Below the pieces are notes generated by a model. That model worked only from the letters and a program-made list of their open reading frames with translations. It was not told the origin of the DNA and did not search any database. A DNA stretch of 64,000 nt from the NCBI RefSeq assembly GCF_963853765.1, contig NC_088860.1, positions 34,348,001-34,412,000 on the forward strand. Direction: 5' to 3'. Origin of the DNA: Magallana gigas (taxonomy: Eukaryota). Numbering within the stretch: position 1 is the first letter of the stretch; each line of letters opens with the position of its first letter. Both the position numbers and the translations under genes were made by a program. Of the stretch, positions 22,692-35,649 are shown piece after piece.

Positions 22692-25600
22692 GTCCTTATG
22701 GGACTAATACCCCCACAAGGCTAATTTCAAATGGGACAAATAATTGAATAATAAAGGTTTGGAACACATACAAAAATTTTTTCTAGAATTGTAAAAAAAA
22801 AATTAGTTAACAAAGAAAAATTAAAATCAAAATTGTCAGAATTTCACTGTAAATACATATCTATAACAGTAATACATTTACAAATGTATGTATCTGATAA
22901 TATATATATTTTTTAAATTTAATTGATTTAAAGAAAAACCAATAAAATGACAATAACCCCTCCCTTTGCAGTACATGGAAATACCGGTAGCCAAGCAATG
23001 CTCTTCTGTTGATAAAACTTTCAATATCTTTCTAATAAGAGTCTTGACAGCTGCAATTAGTTGTTTCAATTTTCCCCCACTTTCTCCTATGGCACAATGG
23101 AACTCCATATCAGAAAATTGATCCCATAGGACTATGATTTTTTTTGATAAGCTTGTTAAATTTAATAAACTCCCAAAACATTACCATAATAACCATACTA
23201 TGTAAAATATGTAAAAATACAAACAATTTTAAAATTGCCAAAACACTACAATCATATCAGTAATTTTGAATTTCATTTAAATTAATTCCCAATAGGGTCA
23301 CTTTATCAATTTACTTGACAAATAAATTTAAACAACCTCTAAAAATATTTTAACTTCTTTTTTAATAATGATATTATTTATTTCCTATTAATGATAGAAC
23401 TTTTGGTTTACATGAAACAGTTTTAAAATAGCCCCAAAACCATCACCCATTTTACAGATTATCAATTTCCCCTAAACACATGCTCCATCTGAACCATGGC
23501 TCAGATAATGGCTCCCTTGGGACAAATGAATTCAGCCACACTTGTCTTTGATGTTCTTATTACCTCCTAAGAATTTATCATTGACAAACAAAAACTTTGC
23601 ATTGTCAGTTGATAAAATACGTATAAAAAATATTTTTTTTATTAATTAAGACATAAAGACAAAAAAACCTCCATCTGGATGTATTTATATAAATATATTT
23701 TAGAGTGTTTTCTATTAATCAATTAATAAAATCTGTAAGGATTACCTCCCTTACTTTTCAACATTAGTGTACAATACATAGAATAAGGAAAATGAAAACT
23801 GTCATAAAATCATTAAATCTTGTCTGATCTTAAAAAAAATTGCAGGTGCACATCTTCAGATGGTGTTCAACATATGTACAAATTTTCAAACTGTTCCATG
23901 CAGTAATAAAAAATTCTATAGGGGGACAAAGTTGCGTCTACAGACAGACGGACAGACAGACAGACGGACAGACGGACAGGGTGAAACCAATATACCCCCC
24001 TAAACTTCGTTTGCGGGGGTATAATAAATATATAACATCACATATTAAGGGTCATTAATAAAGAATACATGGTTACTCTTTTGAAATATGAATTAAGCTA
24101 TATTTAGGCGGGTTAAAAAAACGTGACAAAAGGCTAGACTTGCTGAACCCTCTTCACATTTTCGACTCGAGCCCAAATATAGCTTATACTTCGAGACATT
24201 TATCTTTATTCCACAATATGATATCAATTTTACGCATCAAACAAGTTTTTTTCAACAAATTTCGCTGAATATCTGCAGTTGAAACTATCACGCCATGGCG
24301 TCAACAAAGCAAAAAGATGACGTCACAATACAAATGAAACGCTGCGCGAAAGCGGGCGTACTCGTTCTGTACTCGGCCTCGTTAAATGCATTTTTTTTTT
24401 ACAGAATATCATATAAATTGTACGACTTATCATTTAGTACACACGACCGTCTATCCCGTGCCTATATTTCATCGGTGTTGTGCCCCTTATTAACGATCCA
24501 CCTTAATTAAATGGCTGAAAAACAAACAGACAATCGTTAGACCCAGGAATCTCTGTGCAAATATCTAGCATTTTGCGATTAATGGAGCATTTGCTTATTT
24601 TGCACTAGTGAGAAGTGATTGACAAATGTAAACGAAAAGTATACCTAAGCTGTGAAAAAAAAATTAAGAATTTTTGCTAATGATCAATCAACAGATACAT
24701 CTTTGTATATGTTTTATAACATGCTACATGTATTAAACAGTATGCTTTCATTCAAGACTATATTAGATCAGATTTATTGAAAAATCAAATATCCGACAAT
24801 TATTACAAATGCGAGATTAATTATGTTTTGTTTGATAACGCTAAATGTTAAAATGTCCATGAAATCTTTGTTAACAGTGTGGTAGATATATGTTGTATTG
24901 CATCTTAGTGATGATTGTGCATTTATATACAAATAATGGCACAGATATTGACCTCTAAAAGCAGCAGTGTTCGAATAAATCAATCGAAGGAAACTCTTGC
25001 ACGAAACAGCTTGAAAATAACTCATCCGAACTAGAGAAATATAATGCTCAATTGATGTAATTTTTTTTATGTCAAACTATATCCAGACTAATCGAACATG
25101 GGAGCTTAATCAAATTTCTCTCATCAAACTAATAGCAAAGGTCAAAACACAAGGCAAAGAGTAGCAAGGCTTCTAGAAATCCCCAGTGTCGATCTTACGG
25201 TCAGATATCAATATCCAAGTGCGCAATAAGAAAATTAAAACGGCACTAAAGAGTCACTCAGAGAGCCAACGTGCAAAGAGAGACAACAATATATTACTAA
25301 TAGACTGCTTACGGCAAAAACACACGAGACAAGAACATTAAGCCAAAGTCATGTTCAATATAATGGTTTACACTGTTTATTAGTTGCTCCCTCAGAAATA
25401 ACATCTGTTTTTATAAAATATCACGATGTACATGGAAAACTACTATAATTTATTTTGGTGCATCAAATATAAGTGTCTATGAACGGAACAGAAAAAACCT
25501 AATTTTTGATATTTGGTCTGTGTACTTTTAAGTCATTCAAATTTTAACTCGTCATGATCTGATCAAAAACCCAGTTCAAGATTCCCATCCATTCTCCTCA

Positions 25601-26964
25601 ATTCTACAAACTAAATCTAGAATCGATTATTACGAAAAAATTCCCATTTAACTTCTAACTCTCAAACATTTTATTTCAACCATACTGTGCAGAAATACCA
25701 GAGGTTTTTATTGTTACGACGCCGACGTCTATTAAGAGCAAGAAATACCAAAAGAAGTACATTTAATTTTACGTGACCTACATGTATATTATAAACTTAT
25801 ATCTCATGTTACATTCTGAAAAGATCATATTTCTTTGTGAACAAATTGAAAAGAATTGTCAGACCTTAATAATTTACATAATACCAATAACAACTGTCTC
25901 AACGATCTTAGAGACCTCGCATAGATGTCAGAATTTCCTAGTTCTCAAGTGATAATCTAGCTTTATATCTACTTAGACCTCAATATTGATAATTGGGTCA
26001 TACCATCAATTGCCATTAGAAACCTCTCTGTGAATTCAGTGGCATATTATTTTCTTATCGTCTTTAACACAACTAAAACACATATCCACTCTGAAGTGGT
26101 CTCACCAGTATGTTCTTGTTATAAACCGTTATTAACAAGTTTATAAAATAATATATATTGATCTCCTTAAGAAATACACCTCTGTAGAAAAAAATGGGAA
26201 CATATTCAAATCTTTGAGCTAGACTGTATGGAATTTGTTCTTCCAAAATAATAATTTCACTGTTTGAGCCTCCTTTAACTATGAAGCAAACACAAGAAAA
26301 TTTTGTTTGGAACTGTCCATTTTAAATTTAAAATATGAGCGAGACTGCTTTGTAACTGTGGATCATCTCTATTTACTGTTTTTGCCAAATGAGGCAAATC
26401 GGGTCAATTGTTCTAATTAGTTTAACATAGCGGCAAATGAACATTTCCTGCAAAACTCGAGCTTGATTTGTTGCTAGCAACACAGAACTATTAATCAAAA
26501 CGACCTGACTGATCGCCTTTTAAGATTTAAAGACGCTGATACTCATAATTATAACGTAGATCATCGATGAAATTACCCACACACTTTCAATCCGTACAAC
26601 GTATGTAAAGCCACACACCTTTAATCAGTTCAATGTATGGATAGCCACACACCTTCAATCAATTCAATGAATGGATAGCAACAATATTAATGTTTTGTAA
26701 TCTTCTTTAACGGAAACCAGAATTTATGGTTGACTGAAAAGGAGCGACGACTGATTTTTTTTTTTAAGATTGGTATACATGAGACATCAATGTAGGCAGC
26801 CTACAAATGATCTTGCTAGGCAAAAGCGCTGACATGTTTTTCGTTTTCATGAATATTTCTAGTTTAATTTAATTCTATATTCTAATTGGCTCTGTTACAC
26901 TTTTCTAAAGAGAATCTAAACAATCGCAACAATGCTTCTTCTCCATCCAAATTGAAGTGTTTTC

Positions 26965-27453
26965 CAGTAAAACTCGGTTATAGCTAAGTCCGAGGGACCA
27001 ATGGATTTACTTCGATATATCCGTAATTCGTTATATCCGTATAACGAATTCGTAATAATAACTATAGTGAATTCCCAATATACATCTTTTCTTTCACCAG
27101 ACTATAATTTTTGTTAATTAAGGCTTAAAATAAAAATACGTTACTTTGATACCTTTAATAATCGGTTTGTGAAATGAAAAATATTTATGAAAATGAAATT
27201 ATTAAAACTATTTCGATAAATGGTAGTGCAAACTTTTTTAACTTTAAAGAAATTCGTTATCAAAGTGTTAAATGTCGTCATTTTTCACCTCTACGGGACT
27301 CAAAATGAGTTCGCTATACCCGTAAATTCGTTTTATCTCCATTATAACCGTAAAATTTTGCAAAGATTTGAAGAATTTCACCTGGAACTAAAAAAAAATT
27401 CACTTTAAAGGAGAATTCACTATATCTGTGTTCGTACTAAACGAGTTTTACGG
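26965..27453. mobile_element. Tc1/mariner-like MITE
   Basis: CAGTAAAACTCG ... CGAGTTTTACGG|TA. The left TA is not preserved. Confidence 0.55.
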
Positions 27454-28324
27454 TATTTTATGACTTTTGCATTCCTACCTATGATGTGATGGATTGAGAG
27501 ATATACAAGTTGCTGTCCTTTAAAAAAGGACTTACGTGGACCATTTGCATGTGTTTACAACACTAACGTGAAAGCCTTAAGATTATCAGAGATTCCACCG
27601 ACTCTAACCCTCTACTTTTAACCACTAAATTTGTACTTTTTTTATTTCGTATACATGTATGTATGGTCCTGACTTTTTATCTCAGAATATAAAGGATTCA
27701 TACTTCTGAAATAATTATGATCTATCTATGAATGAAGTTTGCATGTATAGTATCAGGCATTCGGTGAATTCTACTATATGCGCACACAATACGATTCGCA
27801 CTACTTTGTTAACTATGCAGTGACAGCTTTGTGTAAATTAAAAAAAAATCATATTTTGGTGCATTTGTCTTGAGATTTAAACTTTTATAGTGACATAATT
27901 ATTCAATCATACTTAAATGCTTAAAAAAATGTAATCCAGAAGTTCTCTAGCCTTGCCTACTATAACTGTAAAGTAAAGTTACATGTGTACTCGGAAAACA
28001 ACAAAACATTGCAAATTATGCTATTTGATGCATGTTGTAGTTTCGGCATAACATTAACTTATTTCATAATACTGATAATTCATACCACATGCCAGTCATT
28101 TCTTTAAAAGGAATACTTTGTTTCTGTACTGTTTACCGACAACTTTACAATTACAGCGCCTTTGAACTTATGTGTGCATATGGCACGGAATCTCGATCCC
28201 GATTCAGATAAACGTTTGCTAGCTTCGTTCCCTGAGCTACCCAGTACGCCCAGGAACCAGGCTAGCTCATGCACAGGCTGAATTTTCCCCATAGCATCCG
28301 GTTTAACCTCGCTTATGTATTTTC

Positions 28325-28348
28325 TGCGTGGACCTCAGGGTCCACGCA
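28325..28348. repeat. Perfect hairpin TGCGTGGACC-TCAG-GGTCCACGCA
   Basis: 10-bp stem, 4-nt loop. Probably part of an unclassified non-autonomous element. Confidence 0.7.
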
Positions 28349-28742
28349 ATAATTTAATATTGTTGAAACGAGAAACATTCAGCTAATTACTCGTGCGTTT
28401 CCGCATGTTTACAATTAAAAATAATGATTGATCGAAAACTGACGAGCACATCGTATAATTTGGTGCCAAAACACAATTAAATACGCCTTCAATCTTCTTG
28501 TTATTACTTATACGATGTTTATGTTATTGATATGATGTAGACATATAAAATTACGAGATTAAAGTAAATGTGGGTTGGCTAATTCCTTTGATTAACACCG
28601 ATTAAATGTGATGTTATTTTGAAGGTATAGAAACTATTGAATGTAATTATGTTAGATGAGATTTGGAGATTTTGTTGTCATTAAATGCTAGCGCTGGTTC
28701 TATAATAATTCACACCGATTGTTAACATGCACCGATCTTTAA

Positions 28743-29248
28743 AGGGGCATGGTCACGATTTTTGTAAAAAATATATTTTTCCGATTTTAATGTTAACAAC
28801 GCTTCAATATGGCAGTTTTAATGGGCAACCAAAATTTGAGTATCATTTGTTGAGTTATAAGCGAGTTTCAGAACTTATAATTCTCTGCTATGTAAACAAA
28901 GCTTTTGTTTACCTTTTGAATGTGGAGGTGAAAAAATTCCTCCTCTAGACCTAAAATGAAAGTGGTAAACATTAAGAACTCTTTATTAATGCTTCAAATG
29001 ACTAAGAATATAGCTAGAAAAATCAGCTTGAAAAAGATTTTTACTGGTATATTGAAACCCAAAAAACAAAGACAGGAGACGAGCCATGTTTCCATGATAA
29101 AGAACTCTGCGCTCTGTATCGGTATCTTGCTTCTAACTGAACTACTCACTCTCAAATTTCATTTGATCATTAAAAATGCATCCCTTACGCATTGTAAATA
29201 ATAAAAACAGAAAAATAGAATTTGAACAAAAATTGTGACAATGCTCCT
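28743..29248. mobile_element. Kolobok-like non-autonomous element
   Basis: TTAA|AGGGGCATGGTCACGATTTT ... AAAATTGTGACAATGCTCCT|TTAA. A truncated relative starts at about 57843. Confidence 0.75.
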
Positions 29249-31329
29249 TTAAAACTTTAGGGAAAATCTGAGATACCATTTGACATACTTCATACTTGAT
29301 CAACGATTCGACCATGTTTGGAACATATCGCATAACCTATTATGCAATGCATGTTTCCTGTCGAGACATTTCATTCTCAGAATCACCAAAAGACGATATT
29401 ACCTTGTAAATAACATCAATTTTTTTTATTCAATACAGTGTATACGGTAAACGACAACGTTCACGAGAAGGGGGAATCTATATATCAGTTTTCCTTCCAT
29501 AAAGTTTTCACTCAATGACTTGCTAATACAATTTTTCTATCCATCTTAATATTTCGTTCTTAAAATTTTTGTAAATGTTTTTACAGTAACCTGAAATGTT
29601 CACACTCGGATGAGTTGAGCATTAAAAAATTGGAAACCACTATAAGATGAAATTCATGCCGAATTTCTATTACAGAAGAATGTTTTTTGACTGTTAATAA
29701 TTAAATGAATAAATTAAAAATAATTTTGGAAGGAAGTCTTAACACGGGATTTTCGCCAAAATGATAAATGACAATTTCCATTTTCAATAAAGAGTATGTC
29801 GTACACATTTTACAAGGTAACAGCACGATTTAAGTGGCGTTTTATTTCTGCGCAATGAATTCCATGCACAGCCAATTTCTTCTCGCATGAACAAATGGAA
29901 AAATAAACAATTAAAAGGTGCGATTATAGAATGATTATTAAAAAATGATATCGTAATCATGTTACTTTCAGATTCGATTAAAAATAACTAGTTTATCTAA
30001 AAAATAATTTAAACCCGTGTCGGACTCTAATTTTATGCTATGTTTATTTTAACAATTTTGACTTATCACCACGGATTATCTCTCCTTCGTTTAGGAAAAC
30101 AGAAGAACCAAACAAGCTTAAAAAATACTTGTGTTCTAAGTATTTCACTCAAATTCCTGCACGATATAATTATTAAGGTTGTGGAAAATAACGGATAATA
30201 CTTACGTGTACATGAATGTCAAACTTTTTATAAATATTGACCCGAGTTTATTGAAAGGTGTTGTTATTTTACTTTTCAAGACATATTACGGCACATCTAA
30301 ATAATTTGTTTTTTATTTTAGTCTTTGTAATACATTGTGCGTTGACAAATTTAACTCAACGCCATGTTGTTACTAGGAGCAACCCTATATATGGCGCACT
30401 TCTAATCAAAAACGTAGACAGCCATTCATCCCTTTGTCGAAAACTTCCGGTCTCTGTTTTCAGAGTTTCCCATCAAGATCAAATAACACTTATTTATTTC
30501 AGTAACTTGAAGGACAATTTATGCAGAATAAATCTCCAGTGAAAGGTTTTTTTTCCCTTTTGAATGTGTTCATCTTTTGGTTTTGTTTGTAAACACTTTG
30601 ATTTAAGTTAAGGGTTTAAAGTAATAAGCTACATGTAATTTACAATCACAAAAGAAAACTGTTTTTCCCTTATCAAAATTGATAAACACTTTTACACTAT
30701 GAACTTCTCTGCAATTTTCTACGAAATCTTGTACATATAAACATCACCTGAATAAAGACATGGGAAGGAGAGGAGAGGGGAGGGGGGTATTTTATGTGGT
30801 GTTCCTCTTCAAGATATATACTTGTTTATGTAAAGGTCCCAGATTTCAGGTGCATTTCAATGTAACACACATGAATTGTCGGGAGTTAAGAAAAATAGAT
30901 AACGATGTCAACTTGATGAATATATCATCGTTAAATGGAATTTTAAATGCACTGAAAAAAATTTCAGTGTGTTTTCTGAATCTGTCTCTGCTTCTGAAGA
31001 TGGAAAAGTTACGATTTGAGTTGACAAATTTAAATCTTGCTATCCTAAACGTTGAGAATGCTTGCTATGAATGTTAATGTGCAAAACAATTTAAATAAAA
31101 TTGTAAAACTTAGCGTCAAAGTTTAATTTTGTTCACTTGTTCAATTAATCAAATATATTGCTACAAACTTGTAACTCCGACAGTTAAGCAACTGAAAGCA
31201 ATATACGTACAACTGAAATATATATATATATATCTTTGATTGTCTATGCAAACCGGTACATGTACCATTTTGGGCTGATGCAAATCCAATTGTAAAATTT
31301 ACTGTATACAATCATATCATTGTGAGGAG

Positions 31330-33170
31330 GTCACGTTTTGTAGACCTTATAAAAGTATGTCGACAGAAGATTGAGGTTAATCAATTTCTTGTCATCAAGT
31401 TTATTACCACTTCTCCAAATTCACTGTGCCAATTTCAACAAAAGAAGGCACATTGCATCTTTAGGTTAAAAGAATTCATAAGGGGCCATACCTTTTTTTC
31501 AATTGGAGATAATAAAATTGATTTAAAAATGTGTTAGGATTAAAAATAAATTATCCTCAGTCTCAAAAATATTATTTGGCAGAAAAGCTGAAATCTGTTT
31601 GAAAAAATCATCAGTGTAGATTTGAGTTTGTTTAAATCATGATCCCCGAGAGTAATTTGGAACTGCAGAGGCGGGGTGGGTGAAATTCTATTTAAGGAAT
31701 GAAATGGAAACAAATATTTTGAAATCTTCTTAATAATCGCTTGGTCAGAAAATCTTGTCCTTGTGTTGAACAATCCTTAAATAGTGTATATTCATGCTTG
31801 ATCAAAACATAATCCCTATAGGGGTAGGGTTGGGCAACAATTGGGAATGGTTTAATTTTTACGTATGAATAAATAGAAAATTTAAAAAAAGTCTTATAAA
31901 AAGTCATTAGACCAGGAAAGCTTAAATTTGTTTGAAAACATCCACAGGTTATGTTGACTCAAGTTTGGTCAGATTATGATCCTGGGCATAGGGTGGAACC
32001 GCAGTGATAGTGTGTGAATTTTAAGATAGGAATAAAAAGAAACTTTTTTCTTAGGTCACCTTAATCACTTCAAGTGACCTATCGCAAATAGTCTTTGTCC
32101 TTCGTCGTGCGGCGACCGTTAATATTTTTTACAGTTTTATTGTCTTGAAAACTTCAATACCAGTTGATACCATTTTTCGTATGAGACATCTTTATGGAAA
32201 AATGTATCTAAATTGTGAAATTTATGGCTCTACATGTACCACCTCTGGGGTGTCATAGGCAGGCCAAAATATGCAAAAAGCCAATCAAAATTCTTCTCTC
32301 TAGTCCCCCACATATAAGAAAAAAAAAATAACTGTGTGCGTGGTTATGATATCCATGAAGCTTTTTACCAACATTGTGAAATCCATTATCTCTGAGTCAT
32401 TAGTTTAGACCCTAGGGCGGGGCCAATAGAGTCCTAATTGAAAATGTATTAAATTTTGAAAATGTTCTGCTTTACTTCCATTCATGTAGGGATAAACACT
32501 GGGATAATCAAAAACAAAATCCACGTCTATCGTCCATTTTTTTTCTATTTTTTTATCCCTACAATGTGAAGATTTACACTAAGTCATTCCATAATTATAT
32601 TTTCATTATATATGATACATTTTTATTTCGATATGATGTGTTCAATTAAAAAATATTTCTACGACTGTATTTGTAAGCATTCAAGTAATTTAATAACACA
32701 TGGAAGACATTAAATTTCACTCTGCCACAAACCAATAAATTCGTTTTAACACAAGTTGTAATCAAACTTTAACATTGAAATGAAAATATCCTTATCTCTC
32801 CATGTATCCAGATTAGTTTGACTCTTGAACCATGATCTTGTGACCTCATAATCAAGCATATTACCATCGTCTTAAAGGGCATCAACTAAGTTTAAATTTA
32901 GCACAGCAAACGTTTCTTATGATATTCATTGAACAACACTCCGTCTATTATTCGATTTCTGGAATAGTTTGACCTTTGACCCCAACATCAATTGGGGTCA
33001 TCAAACCTTATGAGGGTATCATGTACCAAGTATGGAGTCCGTCAAATAAAAGGTTCTAAACATTTTAATTGGACATGCAATACTTTGTTTACAGGCCACC
33101 ACCCCAACTGATTAACCTACATACACGTGCAAAACAATATTATTCCCTATGCAAATTGGATAATGAGTAA
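31330..33170. mobile_element. Cluster of degenerate Helentron-type (HINE) fragments
   Basis: AGGTCAC...GTGACCT hairpin end at about 32052-32080, TGACCTTTGACC core motifs, and repeated GATCC(C/T)GGG units. Boundaries approximate. Confidence 0.45.
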
Positions 33171-33337
33171 TGATTGGTTGCCCCGCTCTGCTTAGACTGT
33201 TTATGTCTAAAATGTAGTTTTTGGCTATATCTTTGAAAAGAAACATACACATTATGACAAACTAAATACACATCAAATTAATATTAACAGTTGATTTTAT
33301 GAAAGCAAATATTGCAGCATGTCAACATACATTGCAC

Positions 33338-33365
33338 ATCTCTCTCTCTGTCTCCCTCTGTCTCC

Positions 33366-33410
<45 letters not shown>
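33338..33410. repeat. (CT)n microsatellite
   Basis: Direct reading. Confidence 0.95.
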
Positions 33411-33413
<3 letters not shown>

Positions 33414-34104
33414 ATACATATCATTTCTAAATCTAATATGATTCAAAACTCATATGCATGTACCTTATCCTCTTTCACTTCTGAACTCATGTCATTTTTC
33501 TCATCCTGTCAATAACAGATGTAAAAATTCAATGCTGTATCTGCCGTATATTTATTAGTAATTCATTTAAATAATTACAGGAATGAGTGAGTTTGTTTAC
33601 TCATCAAATTAGATGTATTTAAACATTATGCGAATTGCAAAATTTCGTTCAGCTTTTTAAAGTTGTAAAATTCTGAAAATACAAAATTATATAAAGTAAA
33701 TATTTGTCTGGATATGCATATATATCTTTACATATATGACCTTAATACATTCCTAATATAAATGTATATATAGTTGGGGTTGTATGAGGATTATACAGAC
33801 AATTCCTAATAATACAGTCAGTTCTTGATCAAATGAAAACTTACCAATTTATTAATGATTGCAATACCCACAATCCACAATGGGGTCGCCAATATCAGCA
33901 CTGTCCACACAATGTTCTTCTTCATAAACTCAGCTGAAAAAAACCGCCTCTCTTAATTAAAGAACCATCTCAAAAATAATTATTTTCTTTAACATTTTGG
34001 ACAAACCAGTTCTATCCAAAAACTACGTGTAATTAAACTTTGTCATAAAAAGTCAGATAATTTTTAATAAGAACGCTTTAAAGTGTTAGCTGATCATTAA
34101 ATAT

Positions 34105-34540
34105 TGTAACATTTCTGGGTTCAGGTATTCGGTTGCTCTACCTGAGCAATTTAAGAAATATGTAATTAAACTATAACTTTCTCAATCAAATATTTTAATC
34201 AATAATATTTACAATATCCCACTCTATTATGGAGCGCGCGCGCTTTCTATTAACCCTAACAGCTATCACAAGCTAATATAATAACAACTCAAGTCTCGAA
34301 AGCCTTATTCAGGCACATAAGACTTATCCTAATATCAAGGGTTTGTTCTCACCTATTACGAAGTGAACACTTTCAGCTTCAGACTGCAACTGCCTTACAA
34401 CCTCCGTTGTAGCCGCTTATATACTATCACAACCCACGTGATCAACGAGGATCGAAAGGGAGTGATAAACCGGAAGCGCTTATTACTCAGCTCCAGTAAA
34501 CAGAATGGGATAAATGATCTCGATTTCGACATTTGTTTCA
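34105..34540 (-). repeat. 3' LTR
   Basis: TG..CA ends. 8 mismatches versus the 5' LTR by manual comparison. Preceded on the minus strand by G-rich PPT GGAGGCGTGGGT. Confidence 0.95.
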
Positions 34541-34869
34541 TTACCCACGCCTCCAGGAAATGCGTCTCGCATTTAAATCATTAACCTGGTCTAACTATCA
34601 CGCAAGGGACACGAAAACTATAATATTGACAACAACAAAAGACTAAATTTACGACTTTCAATTATTCTGATAAATCAACAAATGAATAATAGAGTATGCT
34701 CTATGTACAAATAAAATCAGCAAAAAGAGTCATTGTCGTAAAAAGAAAACCATCATAATACAAATCAGCCAATGATTTATAAATGGCGCAAGCGCCGCTG
34801 TTTTATTATCACAAAAAAAAATGTTATGATTTCAAAAGATTTCAGTCAATAATTGCCAAAACGCTTCCT

Positions 34870-35548
34870 TTAAAACCAATTCTCGTCCTCGTGCATTTCA
34901 ACAACTGTTTTTCCGTCTCTTTGATACGTCTCCTGCACTCGATCCAGTTTCCGCCGTTTGTGTCCTTCAGTCTGCGTATCCCACATCTTCGAACTGCCCA
35001 TTGGTCTGGATACTGGCATCGACAAGTTGACGCTGTGTCAGTGTATTTGCATCACGAGACGACAATACAGACACTGGAGATAAATCTGCATCAATGGATG
35101 AGCGTTTTCTTGGAGTGGTCATCGGGTGTCGAAACGGGGAAGGAGCGCGTGGCGTCAGAAGATCCCGAGAAACCTTCGACTTTGTTGCTGGCGCGCAAAC
35201 AGGAGTCGGTCTTGTCGGCTTTCTTTGGACAACTTCTTCAACCAGGGGCTGCTGTGGTGTACTTCCAACTACATCCGACATAATCCTTGGGTCCAGTTGC
35301 TCCCAATCATCAGTGCCGCTATCAGCCGTAACTGAAACAATTTCATTATGTCGAGTGCGGCGATGTCTCCCCATGTCACTTTTCTTATTCGTGGCATAGT
35401 CACAATCGGCGCATTCAAATTTCTTCTGCCTTCGCTTTCTTCCACATTCCACCACATGCTTTTCCCACTCGCTCTCATTTGCAATCCTGACATTACACAT
35501 TGGACATCGATGGCCTTCCATCCTAGGTGTTGTTTTTGTATTCACCAT
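34870..35548 (-). CDS. Accessory zinc-finger ORF of the Gypsy element (193 aa as is; about 225 aa if one base at 34978 is removed)
   Basis: CPMC..H..C and CADC..H...H zinc-finger motifs. Splice-acceptor-like TTTGTTTTCTTTTCGTAATAG directly before the ATG. An alternative frame continues TQTEGHKRRK...ENWF* to 34870. Confidence 0.75.
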
Positions 35549-35649
35549 TATCTATTACGAAAAGAAAACAAACATGCTACAATTACTCTAATTTCAAAAA
35601 CTCAAATGAACACAGCATTTACACATATCTACTATGAAATTTTAAAGCT

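Larger units (their letters stand above)
19560..24027 (+). mobile_element. Helentron-type non-autonomous element (HINE) interrupted by the RTE LINE
   Basis: 5' end AAACTAGAACTGTCCTTATGGG(A)CTAATACCCCC. 3' (GACA/GACG)n tract at about 23940-23978, then the hairpin ATACCCCCC-TAAACTTCGTTTGC-GGGGGTAT and AATAAA. Sub-TIR TAATACCCCC / GGGGGTATAA. Confidence 0.7.

Noticed and set aside
24060-24570. GC-richer segment with the short inverted pair AAGCTATATTT.GGC
   Set aside because: Probably a repeat fragment, but no termini or TSD could be defined.
25550-26500. Possible decayed coding sequence on the minus strand
   Set aside because: Many stops and no recognisable motif, so nothing can be assigned without a homology search.
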